The translations under genes were made by a program, and so were the position numbers. This document shows, piece after piece, positions 39,261-48,302 of a DNA stretch of 58,389 nucleotides. Below the pieces are notes generated by a model that was given only the letters and a program-made list of their open reading frames with translations, was not told the DNA's origin and ran no database searches. Within the stretch, counting starts at the first letter, position 1, and each line of letters starts with the position of its first letter. The DNA comes from Dethiobacteria bacterium (lineage in GTDB: Bacteria > Bacillota > Dethiobacteria > DTU022 > UBA8154): positions 1-58,389 of the forward strand of contig JBMNNQ010000004.1 in assembly GCA_050942615.1 (NCBI GenBank). The letters are read 5' to 3'.

Positions 39261-39478
39261 GGCTTTGACCTGCTCCTTTTCTTCAGTATAAACGCAATTC
39301 ACCTGAAAATCAAGGTATCATTAAGTTTCCCTAAATTTGGTTGCTATATTCTTATATGCCCGCAGTTAAGAAAAAACCGGGTCAACATATACTGTGGACT
39401 CCGATAAAAAAAATATAGTGCGGGATTTATGAAGGGGGGGTAATACATGCGGGTATTATTTTATAGCAAGCCTGGTGT

Positions 39479-39533
39479 AAAAAGCGTCACCCGTTCAGCA
39501 CAGAAACAAATTCTGGCAGCCAGGTGACGCTTT
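39479..39533. terminator. Hairpin terminator ending the flx/hdr operon
   Basis: 11-bp perfect stem AAAGCGTCACC/GGTGACGCTTT, about 50 nt past the flxA stop; U-run on the minus strand. Confidence 0.65.
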
Positions 39534-39586
39534 AATTACCTAATTACCGTTTAGCTCATACTTATACCTTAACCCAGGCAGGGATG

Positions 39587-40435
39587 CTAAGCAAATGCCT
39601 CCGGAATGCTTTTTAGGGTAGCATAACTAAAAACCGGCCCGTCCTTACAGACATAGAGATGGGCCACATTACAGCGGCCGCATTTGCCAATACCGCATTT
39701 CATCCTGTTTTCGAGAGTAGTGAAAATCTGCTCATCCGTGAAGTTCAGCTCTTTCAGATTTTGCAGAACAAAGTTGATCATCACCGGTGGTCCACAGGTA
39801 ATTGCAATTGTGTTTTCCGGCGAAGGATTCACATCCATGAGCAATGAAGGAACAAAACCTACATAGTGTTCCCAGCCCTCTTCTTCGATATCGACGGAAA
39901 GATGATATTTAACATCGTCCCGCTCATCCAGTGCTTTAAATTCGTTTTTAAAGCAAAGGTCTGCAGATGTCCGGGCCCCATAAATTAAGCTTAATCCTTT
40001 ATAATCTGCCCGGTTGGCCTTGACGTATTCAATAATCGGGCGCAGGGGAGCCTGCCCGATGCCACCGCCGATTGTCAGGATATTTTTTCCCTTCCAATCG
40101 TCAACGGGAAAGCTGTTGCCGTAAGGTCCGCGGACAGTCATTTTGTCACCGGGTTCAAGCTCATGCAGAGCCTGGGTAACTTTGCCCGCACGCATCACGG
40201 AAAACCGTAGGAATTTACCCTCTGTAGGGGAACAGGAGATCGAGATCATGCTCTCGCCCACTCCTAAAATCCCAATCATGGCACATTGGCCGGGACGGTG
40301 TGACCAGTTTTCCCTAACTTCTTCATCATCGAGGACAACTTTAAAGGTTTTAATGGCGCGATCGCCGTATGTTTCCTGCCAGGTATCCTCAATAGTTGCT
40401 ATTTCAGGTTTATAGGGATTAGCTATTTCTTTCAT
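39587..40435 (-). CDS. flxA: FAD/NAD(P)-binding [2Fe-2S] subunit, FlxA (AsrB/HydG-like)
   Basis: PGQ, RGPYGNSF, GGGIGQAP, CGPPVM, MKCGIGKCGRC, VCKDGPVF. Confidence 0.88.
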   Translation of the reverse strand: MKEIANPYKPEIATIEDTWQETYGDRAIKTFKVVLDDEEVRENWSHRPGQCAMIGILGVGESMISISCSPTEGKFLRFSVMRAGKVTQALHELEPGDKMTVRGPYGNSFPVDDWKGKNILTIGGGIGQAPLRPIIEYVKANRADYKGLSLIYGARTSADLCFKNEFKALDERDDVKYHLSVDIEEEGWEHYVGFVPSLLMDVNPSPENTIAITCGPPVMINFVLQNLKELNFTDEQIFTTLENRMKCGIGKCGRCNVAHLYVCKDGPVFSYATLKSIPEAFA

Positions 40436-41454
40436 ATTGCCTCCTTAATAACCTCTGCTAAAATGTTGAGGATATCAATATTAACCGGACAAAGGTTAAT
40501 ACACCGGCCACAGCCTACACAAGCGATTTTACCGAATTTGGTTGGAAAGTAAGAATACTTATGATTAACCCGGTTACGTGTACGCTCGCGAACGGTAGGC
40601 CGGGGATTATGTCCCGACGCATGCAGCGTGTACTCCGCAAACATACAGGAGTCCCATACCCGGCATCTACGGCCCTCCAACCCTTCTGCCTCATCTTGAA
40701 TATCAAAACAATAGCAGGTTGGGCAGAGGAAGGTACAGGTCCCACACCCCAGGCAGGCCCTGGAGAGATCCTGCCAAAGGGAACTATCCCAAATTCCCAT
40801 CAGTTTTTCCGTAATACCTTCAGTATCGATATTCCGCACAATTTTACCGGCGGCTTCCTGGTGCAGCTTTTCGGCAGAGGCTATATCTTCCTCTGTCGCC
40901 TGTTCCAGCACCCCTGCCGCCTCCTGGCAAAGAACATTCCCTTTTTCCGTCAGGGGTTGTAGAAGATATACTTCCCCCAAGTCCGTAAGCAGCAAGTCCA
41001 GCCCTTCTGTAGAGGCCGGGCCGCCCCCGACAGAGGTGCAAAAACAATTCACTTCAGGATCGGAACAGGCCAAACCAACCACCGTTGTTTTTTCGCGTTT
41101 GCCCTGATAATAGGGATCGTTAAAATCCCAGGAAAAAAGGTCATCAACAATGGCCATGGCCCGGGCGTCACAGGGTCTTACCCCTAGCAGCACTTTTTCT
41201 GCCTCTTCATCCGGTAAATTAAGATCTGTTTTCCCCAACTCATACCGGTATAAAGTTTCTGTCTGCGGAAAAAGGACGCTTTTCGGTGGAACAGTCGTGT
41301 TGGAGAACTCCAGATCCAGCTTATCTTCCGGGGTAATGGGAACAAACCGGAGGGTTTCCCCCACTTTTTGCGGGGCATACAGCTGTTTATCCAGAGCTGC
41401 TAAAAAATCACCAAACTTCTCTTTACCTATTTTCATCCTTTCCATAGTACCCAC
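40432..41454 (-). CDS. flxB: 4Fe-4S dicluster subunit, FlxB (AsrA-like)
   Basis: RPCD, CFCTS, CLGCGTCTFLCPTCYCF, WDSC, HKY, CVGCGRCINLCP. Confidence 0.85.
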   Translation of the reverse strand: MGTMERMKIGKEKFGDFLAALDKQLYAPQKVGETLRFVPITPEDKLDLEFSNTTVPPKSVLFPQTETLYRYELGKTDLNLPDEEAEKVLLGVRPCDARAMAIVDDLFSWDFNDPYYQGKREKTTVVGLACSDPEVNCFCTSVGGGPASTEGLDLLLTDLGEVYLLQPLTEKGNVLCQEAAGVLEQATEEDIASAEKLHQEAAGKIVRNIDTEGITEKLMGIWDSSLWQDLSRACLGCGTCTFLCPTCYCFDIQDEAEGLEGRRCRVWDSCMFAEYTLHASGHNPRPTVRERTRNRVNHKYSYFPTKFGKIACVGCGRCINLCPVNIDILNILAEVIKEAI

Positions 41455-41456
41455 CC

Positions 41457-42440
41457 CTAGAGAATGAAGTCTTCCTTATCGTCAGGACGATAGCTGGATT
41501 GCAACGGTTTAGCTTCGGGATCGATCCCCGGCCTGTACCCGTACTTTTCCTCAACCTCTTTTGAAAACTTCTGATTGAGTTTCATCAATGGTATATCAAC
41601 CGGACAGACCCTTTCACATTCACCACATTCAATACAGCGCCCGGCAAGGTGAAATGCACGGGACAGATGAAACGCTGTGTTTTCTGAAATATTGGTAGAA
41701 CGGTAGATCCAACTGGGATTAAGTCGATCCAGGATACAGTCCTTACAATAACACATCGGACAAACGTTGCGGCAGGAGTAACACCGGATACAACTGCTGA
41801 ATTTATCCTCCCAAAATGCCCAGCGTTCTTCCGCACTTTTTGCCTCTAATTCTGCAACATCCTGATATTCCCCGTTTCCCCAGGCCTCGACCTCTTCACC
41901 CAACGTAACATCAGCTATAATGGGGTTGGGATCACGGCAGTCCAAACATTTTTGGGCCAGTACTTCCTCCCTGGGGACCTCTACAGCACCTTCCGGCAGT
42001 TGAAAAATAATCTTGTCCTTTCCCCACTGGGCCGTTACCGGATCCAGGATATGGGGAAACCGTTCCTCCACCTTTTTTAAGTCCAGCACTCCCTCGCAGG
42101 GACAACCAATAATATACAGCTCTTCCCTTTTAATGCCCTGTTCTATTATTTGCTGGACAACAGCACGGCTGTCACAGCCTTTAACCATGACGGCAACTTT
42201 GCGCGTATCAGGTTTTTCCCCCCGGGGGAGCGGCAGTTTTTCCATTACAATGAGATAGGATGCCAGGTTATTGGTACAAAGAGGTGAAAAGATCAACTGC
42301 TCTGCTTCTCCCGGTTCCTTTATAAAACATGGAGTTACCCTAAAGCCATAGGTTCCCTGTCTCCAGCCAATCAGATACTTAACGTCATCCCGGGAGATGG
42401 TCTCTTTGGCTACAGTTCTGAGTTTTTCCAGGTCTACCAA
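41457..42440 (-). CDS. flxC: 4Fe-4S subunit, FlxC (FdhB/FrhB-like)
   Basis: KGCDSR, IGCPC, CLDC, CIRCYSCRNVCPMCYCKDC, HLAGRCIECGECERVCP. Confidence 0.82.
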   Translation of the reverse strand: MVDLEKLRTVAKETISRDDVKYLIGWRQGTYGFRVTPCFIKEPGEAEQLIFSPLCTNNLASYLIVMEKLPLPRGEKPDTRKVAVMVKGCDSRAVVQQIIEQGIKREELYIIGCPCEGVLDLKKVEERFPHILDPVTAQWGKDKIIFQLPEGAVEVPREEVLAQKCLDCRDPNPIIADVTLGEEVEAWGNGEYQDVAELEAKSAEERWAFWEDKFSSCIRCYSCRNVCPMCYCKDCILDRLNPSWIYRSTNISENTAFHLSRAFHLAGRCIECGECERVCPVDIPLMKLNQKFSKEVEEKYGYRPGIDPEAKPLQSSYRPDDKEDFIL

Positions 42441-42455
42441 CGCGATCCCCCTCCT

Positions 42456-42890
42456 CTACCAATTGATCTTGTTGCGCCGGAATTGTTCGAAAGGTCCGGC
42501 CTCTTTGGCATTTTCAACCACATCTTCAACCACATCTTTCCACTTGGCTCCTTCGGAGGCAGAAACCCAGCTCATATTAAAGCGCTTGGCATCCACACCC
42601 ACATAATCCAGCAATTCCTTCATCAATGTAAACCGGCGACGGGCATAGAAGTTACCCTCCATATAGTGACAGTCGCCCGGATGGCAGCCGGAAACCAGCA
42701 CACCGTCAGCGCCCTGCTGTAAAGCATTGACAATAAAAAGGGGGTTAACCCTACCGCTGCACATAACCCTGATAACATCCAGGTTAGTGGGGTATTGTAT
42801 CCTGCTGGTTCCAGCCAAGTCAGCGCCGGCATAGGAACACCAGTTACATAAAAAAGCGATGACACCTGGTTCAAATTGTTGTTCGCTCAT
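42456..42890 (-). CDS. mvhD: [2Fe-2S] adaptor MvhD/FlxD
   Basis: FLCNWCSYAGAD, RVMCSGR, GCHPGDCHY, WVSASEG. Confidence 0.95.
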   Translation of the reverse strand: MSEQQFEPGVIAFLCNWCSYAGADLAGTSRIQYPTNLDVIRVMCSGRVNPLFIVNALQQGADGVLVSGCHPGDCHYMEGNFYARRRFTLMKELLDYVGVDAKRFNMSWVSASEGAKWKDVVEDVVENAKEAGPFEQFRRNKINW

Positions 42891-44899
42891 CTCATAACCC
42901 CCAATGCAGCAATTTGCGGCAATATCTGGCCGTCCTTAAAGGACCTCTGCTGGGCAGAACCGGAGAAACAGCCGGCAACACAAGCGCCGCATCCCTTACA
43001 TAAGGCATCGTTGACCCTGGCCACCAAAGCCTCATGTCCAAATTGGTTCACCGTTACCAGTTCAATTGCGCTATAAGGACAGATTTCCACACAGTAGCCA
43101 CAGCCCCGGCAGGTATCCTCATTAATATGTGAAACCTGGGCCTGAACCTTGACTTTGCCGCTGGAAAGCAGCACAAGAGCTGATGAAGCCGCCCCCTTGG
43201 CCTGGGCAACAGTGTCCGGAATATCCTTGGGTCCCTGGGCGCAACCCGCCAGGAAAACCCCGTCTGTAGCCGTATTCACAGGGGCCAACTTGGGGTGGGC
43301 CTCCATATAGAAACCGTCGCCTGACTGGGACAACCGTAAAATATCGATTATTTCCCGGGCGTCCTTACGGGGTTCCAGCCCGACAGCCAGAACAACCATA
43401 TCGACCTCATCCTCAACCGGGGTAGAAGTCAGGGTGTTTTCTGCTTTAACTACAAGTTTGTCACCACGTTTGAATACTTCTGAAGGGTTGCCGCGGATAT
43501 AGCGGACCCCTTCCCGCCGTACACGGTCGTAAAATTCTTCAAACCCCTTACCGAAAGCCCGGACATCCATATAATAAACCCTGACATTGGCATCCGGAAT
43601 TTTTTCTGTCAGTAAGTGTGCCAGTTTAGCTGTATACATACAGCACACACGCGAACAATATTCGTTACCGACACTCTTGTCCCGGGAGCCGACACATTTG
43701 ATGAAAGCAATCTCCTTGGGCTCATACGCTTCATCACCCTTACCGATCAGGATTTTACCCCCGGTAGGGCCGGATGCGGATACCAGCCGTTCCAACTCCA
43801 GGCCGGTAATTACATTGTCATAATCGTTGTAACCATATTCCGGCTTCCTGGAAGCATCAAATACGTCGAAACCGGTCGCAACAATGATCGAACCCACCTT
43901 AAATTCTACAATTTCATCCTCTTGTTCGAAATTAATGGCCCCGACACCGCAAGCGTCTACACATTTGGGCGACTTCCCGCATTTACCCCGGGTCAACATC
44001 AGGCAACGTTCCGGGTCAATGGTATACTTGGCCGGGACAGCTTGAGGGAAAGGCAGGTAGATTGCTGCCCTATTACCCATACCTTCATCAAATTCGCTGG
44101 GGATCCGCCCTGTTAAACGGCATTCCTGGGCGCAAACCCCACAACCGGTACACTTGTCCATATCCACATAACGGGCTTTTTTACGCACTTTGACATCAAA
44201 GTTGCCCACATAGCCGGAGACATCCTCCACCTTGGAGTAGGTTAACAGTTCGATATTGGGATGACTGGCCACATCCACCATTTTGGGTGTAAGAATACAG
44301 GCCGAGCAGTCCAATGTCGGGAATGTTTTATCCAGCTGGGACATTCTACCCCCAACGGAAGGGGTTTTCTCTACCAGGTAAACTTTAAAACCGGCTTCGG
44401 CAATATCCAAGGCCGCCTGTATACCGGCAATACCTGCTCCAATAATCATGGAGGCCGGTTCAACATCCACCTCTTTTTCCTGTAAGGGTTCCAGTAAACG
44501 TGCCTTGACCGCAGCTGCAGACACCAGCCTTTTGGCTTTAGCCGTAGCTTTTTCGCGATCCCCGTGGACCCAGGAACAGTGTTCCCTGATGTTGGCCATT
44601 TCCAGATAATAAGGATTCAACCCTGCTTCTGCAAGGGTTTTGCGAAAGGTCAGCTCGTGCATACGGGGAGAACAGGAGGCTACCACGACGCGGTTTAAGC
44701 CCTCATTTTTAATGTCTTCCCGGATCAGCGCCTGTCCGGGATCAGAACACATGTAGGAATAATCGCGTGCCACCTTGACATTCGGTAGCCGGGAGGCAAA
44801 CTCCGCTACGGCTTCAACATCTACCGTATTGGCAATGTTGATGCCGCAGTGACAGACATACACACCTATTTTGGGCTTGTTGTTCATTGCATCTTTCAT
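42887..44899 (-). CDS. hdrA: Heterodisulfide reductase subunit A (flavin-bifurcating type)
   Basis: CHCGINI, SCSP, REHCSW, GAGIAG, DKTFPTLDCSAC, inserted and C-terminal ferredoxin domains, LELER, YCSRVCCMYTAK, GPKDIP. Start may be ATG 44887. Confidence 0.96.
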   Translation of the reverse strand: MKDAMNNKPKIGVYVCHCGINIANTVDVEAVAEFASRLPNVKVARDYSYMCSDPGQALIREDIKNEGLNRVVVASCSPRMHELTFRKTLAEAGLNPYYLEMANIREHCSWVHGDREKATAKAKRLVSAAAVKARLLEPLQEKEVDVEPASMIIGAGIAGIQAALDIAEAGFKVYLVEKTPSVGGRMSQLDKTFPTLDCSACILTPKMVDVASHPNIELLTYSKVEDVSGYVGNFDVKVRKKARYVDMDKCTGCGVCAQECRLTGRIPSEFDEGMGNRAAIYLPFPQAVPAKYTIDPERCLMLTRGKCGKSPKCVDACGVGAINFEQEDEIVEFKVGSIIVATGFDVFDASRKPEYGYNDYDNVITGLELERLVSASGPTGGKILIGKGDEAYEPKEIAFIKCVGSRDKSVGNEYCSRVCCMYTAKLAHLLTEKIPDANVRVYYMDVRAFGKGFEEFYDRVRREGVRYIRGNPSEVFKRGDKLVVKAENTLTSTPVEDEVDMVVLAVGLEPRKDAREIIDILRLSQSGDGFYMEAHPKLAPVNTATDGVFLAGCAQGPKDIPDTVAQAKGAASSALVLLSSGKVKVQAQVSHINEDTCRGCGYCVEICPYSAIELVTVNQFGHEALVARVNDALCKGCGACVAGCFSGSAQQRSFKDGQILPQIAALGVMR

Positions 44900-44954
44900 C
44901 CTCCAACCAAGAATAACTGATCATGCCTATCTGCAAAAAACATCTTTTTCCCGA

Positions 44955-45929
44955 TTAACCCCGCAGTTCCTTCAACTTTTCTGTCATCTTGGGAACTACC
45001 TTGAAAAGATCATCGATGATAGCAAAATCAGCCACAGTAAAGATGGGTGCATCGGGGTCCCTGTTGATGGCTACGATGGTTTTTGATCCCTTGATGCCGG
45101 CAATGTGCTGGAAAGCACCGGAAATGCCAATGGCGATATAGAGTTTTGGCTTGACCGTCTTACCGGAGGTGCCCACCTGACGATCGTGAGACAGCCAGCC
45201 GGCATCGGTTGCTGCACGCGAACCGCAAAGGTCGGCGTTGATAGCTGTAGCCAGTTCTTCGATCATCGCCATATTTTTTTCTTCCTTGACCCCTCGCCCC
45301 ACCGCAATGAGAATTTCCGACTGGGTAATATCGACATCGCCCACTTCGGCTTCCAAATATTCCACAAAACGGCGGTATTCAATATCTTCCTTCAAGGGGG
45401 AATCGATCTTTTCAATCTGGCCCTTTTTAGAAGGTTCAGCGGCTTCAAGGCTGGCCTCCCGGAAGGTGATTAAGTAGGGAGCCTCTCCTTTAAAAGCAAA
45501 ATTGGCGTTGACCTTGCCCTGGTAATATTGGCGTATCGGTTGCAGCTTGCCATCCACAACCTGCACATCAAATACGTCGGCAATAAAAGGCACTTTCATT
45601 TCCACAGCCAGCGCCGGGGCCAAATCCACACCCTGGGTCGTATGACCAACCATGAAAAGTTCAGGCTTGTACTGGTTAATCAGCTCCGCCAGGACCTTCT
45701 GATACTTTTCAGAGTTGTAATCCGCAAAAAGAGGATCATCAATATAAAGAACCTTATCGCTGTAACCGGCAAGTGTTTCTGCAAAGGAATCCACGCCGCT
45801 GCCCAGAAGGACCGCCACCGTGGAACCACCTAATTCTGCAGCCAATTCGGAAGCTTTGGTCAGCATTTCCTGCGAAACTTCCCGCAATGCTCCTTGACGA
45901 TGTTCAGCTAAAACAAATACGTCACCCAT
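44955..45929 (-). CDS. etfA: Electron transfer flavoprotein alpha subunit
   Basis: [44 protein letters not shown]. Confidence 0.97.
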   Translation of the reverse strand: MGDVFVLAEHRQGALREVSQEMLTKASELAAELGGSTVAVLLGSGVDSFAETLAGYSDKVLYIDDPLFADYNSEKYQKVLAELINQYKPELFMVGHTTQGVDLAPALAVEMKVPFIADVFDVQVVDGKLQPIRQYYQGKVNANFAFKGEAPYLITFREASLEAAEPSKKGQIEKIDSPLKEDIEYRRFVEYLEAEVGDVDITQSEILIAVGRGVKEEKNMAMIEELATAINADLCGSRAATDAGWLSHDRQVGTSGKTVKPKLYIAIGISGAFQHIAGIKGSKTIVAINRDPDAPIFTVADFAIIDDLFKVVPKMTEKLKELRG

Positions 45930-46718
45930 TTAGAGCAGTCCTCCTTTCACTAATTTAGTAGCCATGATTTCCCCTTTTTCTTCCGGTTCACCTTCGATGA
46001 TTTCCGCTGTGGAGACCACTTCAGGGATATAAAATTCTTTCATTTCAACCAAAGAACCGGCCGCACCGATTTCTTCTTCGCTAAGGTTCAAATCCTCAAT
46101 TTTCAACACTTTGAGTTCTTTCTTCTGCGCCTGCCGAATACCCCTGATAGGTGCATAGCGGGGTTCGTTGATCCCGGTCTGAATAGTAACAACAGCCGGC
46201 AGTGTAACCTCTACAACCTCAATGACTCCCCCTTCCAACTCCCGGTGAGCCTTGATCTTGCCGTCTTCAACCTCCACTTTTTTCACCATGGCGGCATGAG
46301 GCACACCCAATTCCTCGGCCAAGGCCACTCCCGTAGACATATTACCGTAATCATTGGACATACATCCGGTTAACACCAGATCGAATTCCTGCCCTTTAAT
46401 CACTGCAGCAAGAGTCTTCGCCACTTGCAAGGGATCATGGGTGTTGATCCGCGGATCATCGATGCGCATCGCGCTGTCGCCGCCTTTGGCCAAGGCCATG
46501 CGGATCATTACATCATCATCTGCCGGCCCCATACAAACAACCTGGACCGTCCCACCCTTAGCTTCCTTAATCAATACTGCTTCTTCAACAGCATAGTTGT
46601 CAGCGTCGTTGATATCAAAGGAAAACTTGCTGCTATCAACATCCTTGCCTGTTGCATCCACCTTTACTTCTGCCTCCGAAGTATCCGGTACTCTTTTGAT
46701 ACAGACAAACGTTTTCAT
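45930..46718 (-). CDS. etfB: Electron transfer flavoprotein beta subunit
   Basis: VCIKRVPD, AVEEA, RELEGG, INEPRY. Confidence 0.96.
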   Translation of the reverse strand: MKTFVCIKRVPDTSEAEVKVDATGKDVDSSKFSFDINDADNYAVEEAVLIKEAKGGTVQVVCMGPADDDVMIRMALAKGGDSAMRIDDPRINTHDPLQVAKTLAAVIKGQEFDLVLTGCMSNDYGNMSTGVALAEELGVPHAAMVKKVEVEDGKIKAHRELEGGVIEVVEVTLPAVVTIQTGINEPRYAPIRGIRQAQKKELKVLKIEDLNLSEEEIGAAGSLVEMKEFYIPEVVSTAEIIEGEPEEKGEIMATKLVKGGLL

Positions 46719-46866
46719 GAAAGCTCCACCTCCTGTAGACAGTTATTTTTCAAAAGATGGGCTCTAAAAACCCAGCAGAAAAACTTTTAAAGTATCCCCC
46801 CTTACGCTGGAAGCATCATTATTTTAATGCTATCCGCATAATTTCAACAAAAGCGCTATGAAAGCA

Positions 46867-48015
46867 CTATTCTATCAGTTTTCCGGCAATTTCCAATATT
46901 TCCATAACCTGCATTTCCTCTTCGAAGCCCTTCGCCTTAACAGCGTCGTCCAAAGTTAAAACACAGAAGGGACAGGCAACGGCCAGGATAGTAGCACCCA
47001 GCTCCTTGGCATCCCGAACTCTCACTTCCGCCAGGCGTTCCTTGTGGGATTCAGTTTCCGCCCACATCTTGCCCCCGCCCCCTTCGCAGCAGAGGCTGCG
47101 TTCCCTGTTGCGTTCAAACTCAACCTGTTCTGCACCGGGAATCTGGCTTAGGATATAGCGTGGCTCATCGTACACATCGTTTCGTTTGCCCAAATAGCAG
47201 GGATCATGAAAAACAATCTTCTGGGCAAACTCTTTTGTAAATACTAATTTTTCATCTTCCAGAATTTCTTTCAACAGATGTGTATAGTGTATCACCTCTG
47301 CCTGCAAATCAGGATACTGATTTTTAAGGGCATCATAACAGTGGGGAGAAAGGGTTACAATCCTGTCGGCATCAAAGCCGTTTAAAAGCTCTGTGCCATC
47401 CTCAACCATCATTTCAAAAAGGCCGTCCTCCCCAACTTCCCCCATGTTGTATACTTCACTGCCACAACAGACCTCGTCATCCCCTACAAAACCATAATCA
47501 ATACCGGCTTTATTAAGTACTTTTACAAAATTTTGGGCGATAACCTGAACCTTGGGGTCATAGGCGATGGTACAACAAACAAAGATGAGGTTTTCCACTT
47601 TTTCTCCGGGCACAGCAACTTTAACATCCAATCCCTGCATCCAGTCACTGCGTGTTGCCTTGGGTTTGCTCCAGGGGTTACCCTCCCGGAAAGCGCTTTC
47701 CAGGGCATCTCTGACTGTGGGCTGAATTACACCGCTTTCTACAAGGATGTTTCTCAGGCCAATCAGCACCTCCATAGGCTTGAGGCCTTTGGGGCACCTG
47801 ATGGCACAGGTTTCACAAGTGGTACAATCCCACACTTCCGGCAATTTTGCCAACTCTTCAAGCATACTTTCATCAAGAGCATCGTAAACAATGCGCCTTA
47901 CATTTAAGTCAGTCCGTGCATTAACCGGGCAGCCTCCGGTACATCTTCCGCACTGGATGCACCCCAACAAATCATGTTTTTGAATAAAACTCTGAACTTC
48001 TGTATTCATCTTCAT
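46867..48015 (-). CDS. Soluble HdrD/GlcF-like Fe-S oxidoreductase (two 4Fe-4S clusters plus two CCG domains)
   Basis: CIQCGRCTGGCP, CTTCETCAIRCP, GNPW, EVCCGS, HDPCYLG, SLCCEGGGG, ACPFC; no TM segment. Confidence 0.9.
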   Translation of the reverse strand: MKMNTEVQSFIQKHDLLGCIQCGRCTGGCPVNARTDLNVRRIVYDALDESMLEELAKLPEVWDCTTCETCAIRCPKGLKPMEVLIGLRNILVESGVIQPTVRDALESAFREGNPWSKPKATRSDWMQGLDVKVAVPGEKVENLIFVCCTIAYDPKVQVIAQNFVKVLNKAGIDYGFVGDDEVCCGSEVYNMGEVGEDGLFEMMVEDGTELLNGFDADRIVTLSPHCYDALKNQYPDLQAEVIHYTHLLKEILEDEKLVFTKEFAQKIVFHDPCYLGKRNDVYDEPRYILSQIPGAEQVEFERNRERSLCCEGGGGKMWAETESHKERLAEVRVRDAKELGATILAVACPFCVLTLDDAVKAKGFEEEMQVMEILEIAGKLIE

Positions 48016-48274
48016 ACCTCGCTAGAGATGTAATTTTATCTACCATCCCTTCAAGATTGCTTGTAACCGCCCACTTATATTCCTCAATTAATAGAAAACT
48101 ACCAATTAACTTAATTACTGTAAAAAACCTGGTTAAAAAAATCTATCATTGGCGGTAATTATGATCAAATTGTTCCCCTGCAAAGCACCTCCCCTGCAAC
48201 CAATTTCGTTCAAAATCCGGACACCTGACCACATAACTTTATTCAGCATTAAATATATTTACCGCCCATTTTGA

Positions 48275-48302
48275 ATTCGACACCAGAAAGAAAAAATCCT
48301 TC
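48275..48302 (-). promoter_or_regulatory. Sigma-H-type promoter with overlapping Spo0A box, facing the Fe-S/etf/hdr/flx operon
   Basis: Minus strand GAAGGATTT-N12-GTCGAAT; TGTCGAA at 48276-48282. Confidence 0.6.

Noticed and set aside
42887-42890. TGA ends of hdrA and flxB as selenocysteine read-through
   Set aside because: The proteins are complete, and each TGA is part of an ATGA overlap with the next gene in a different frame
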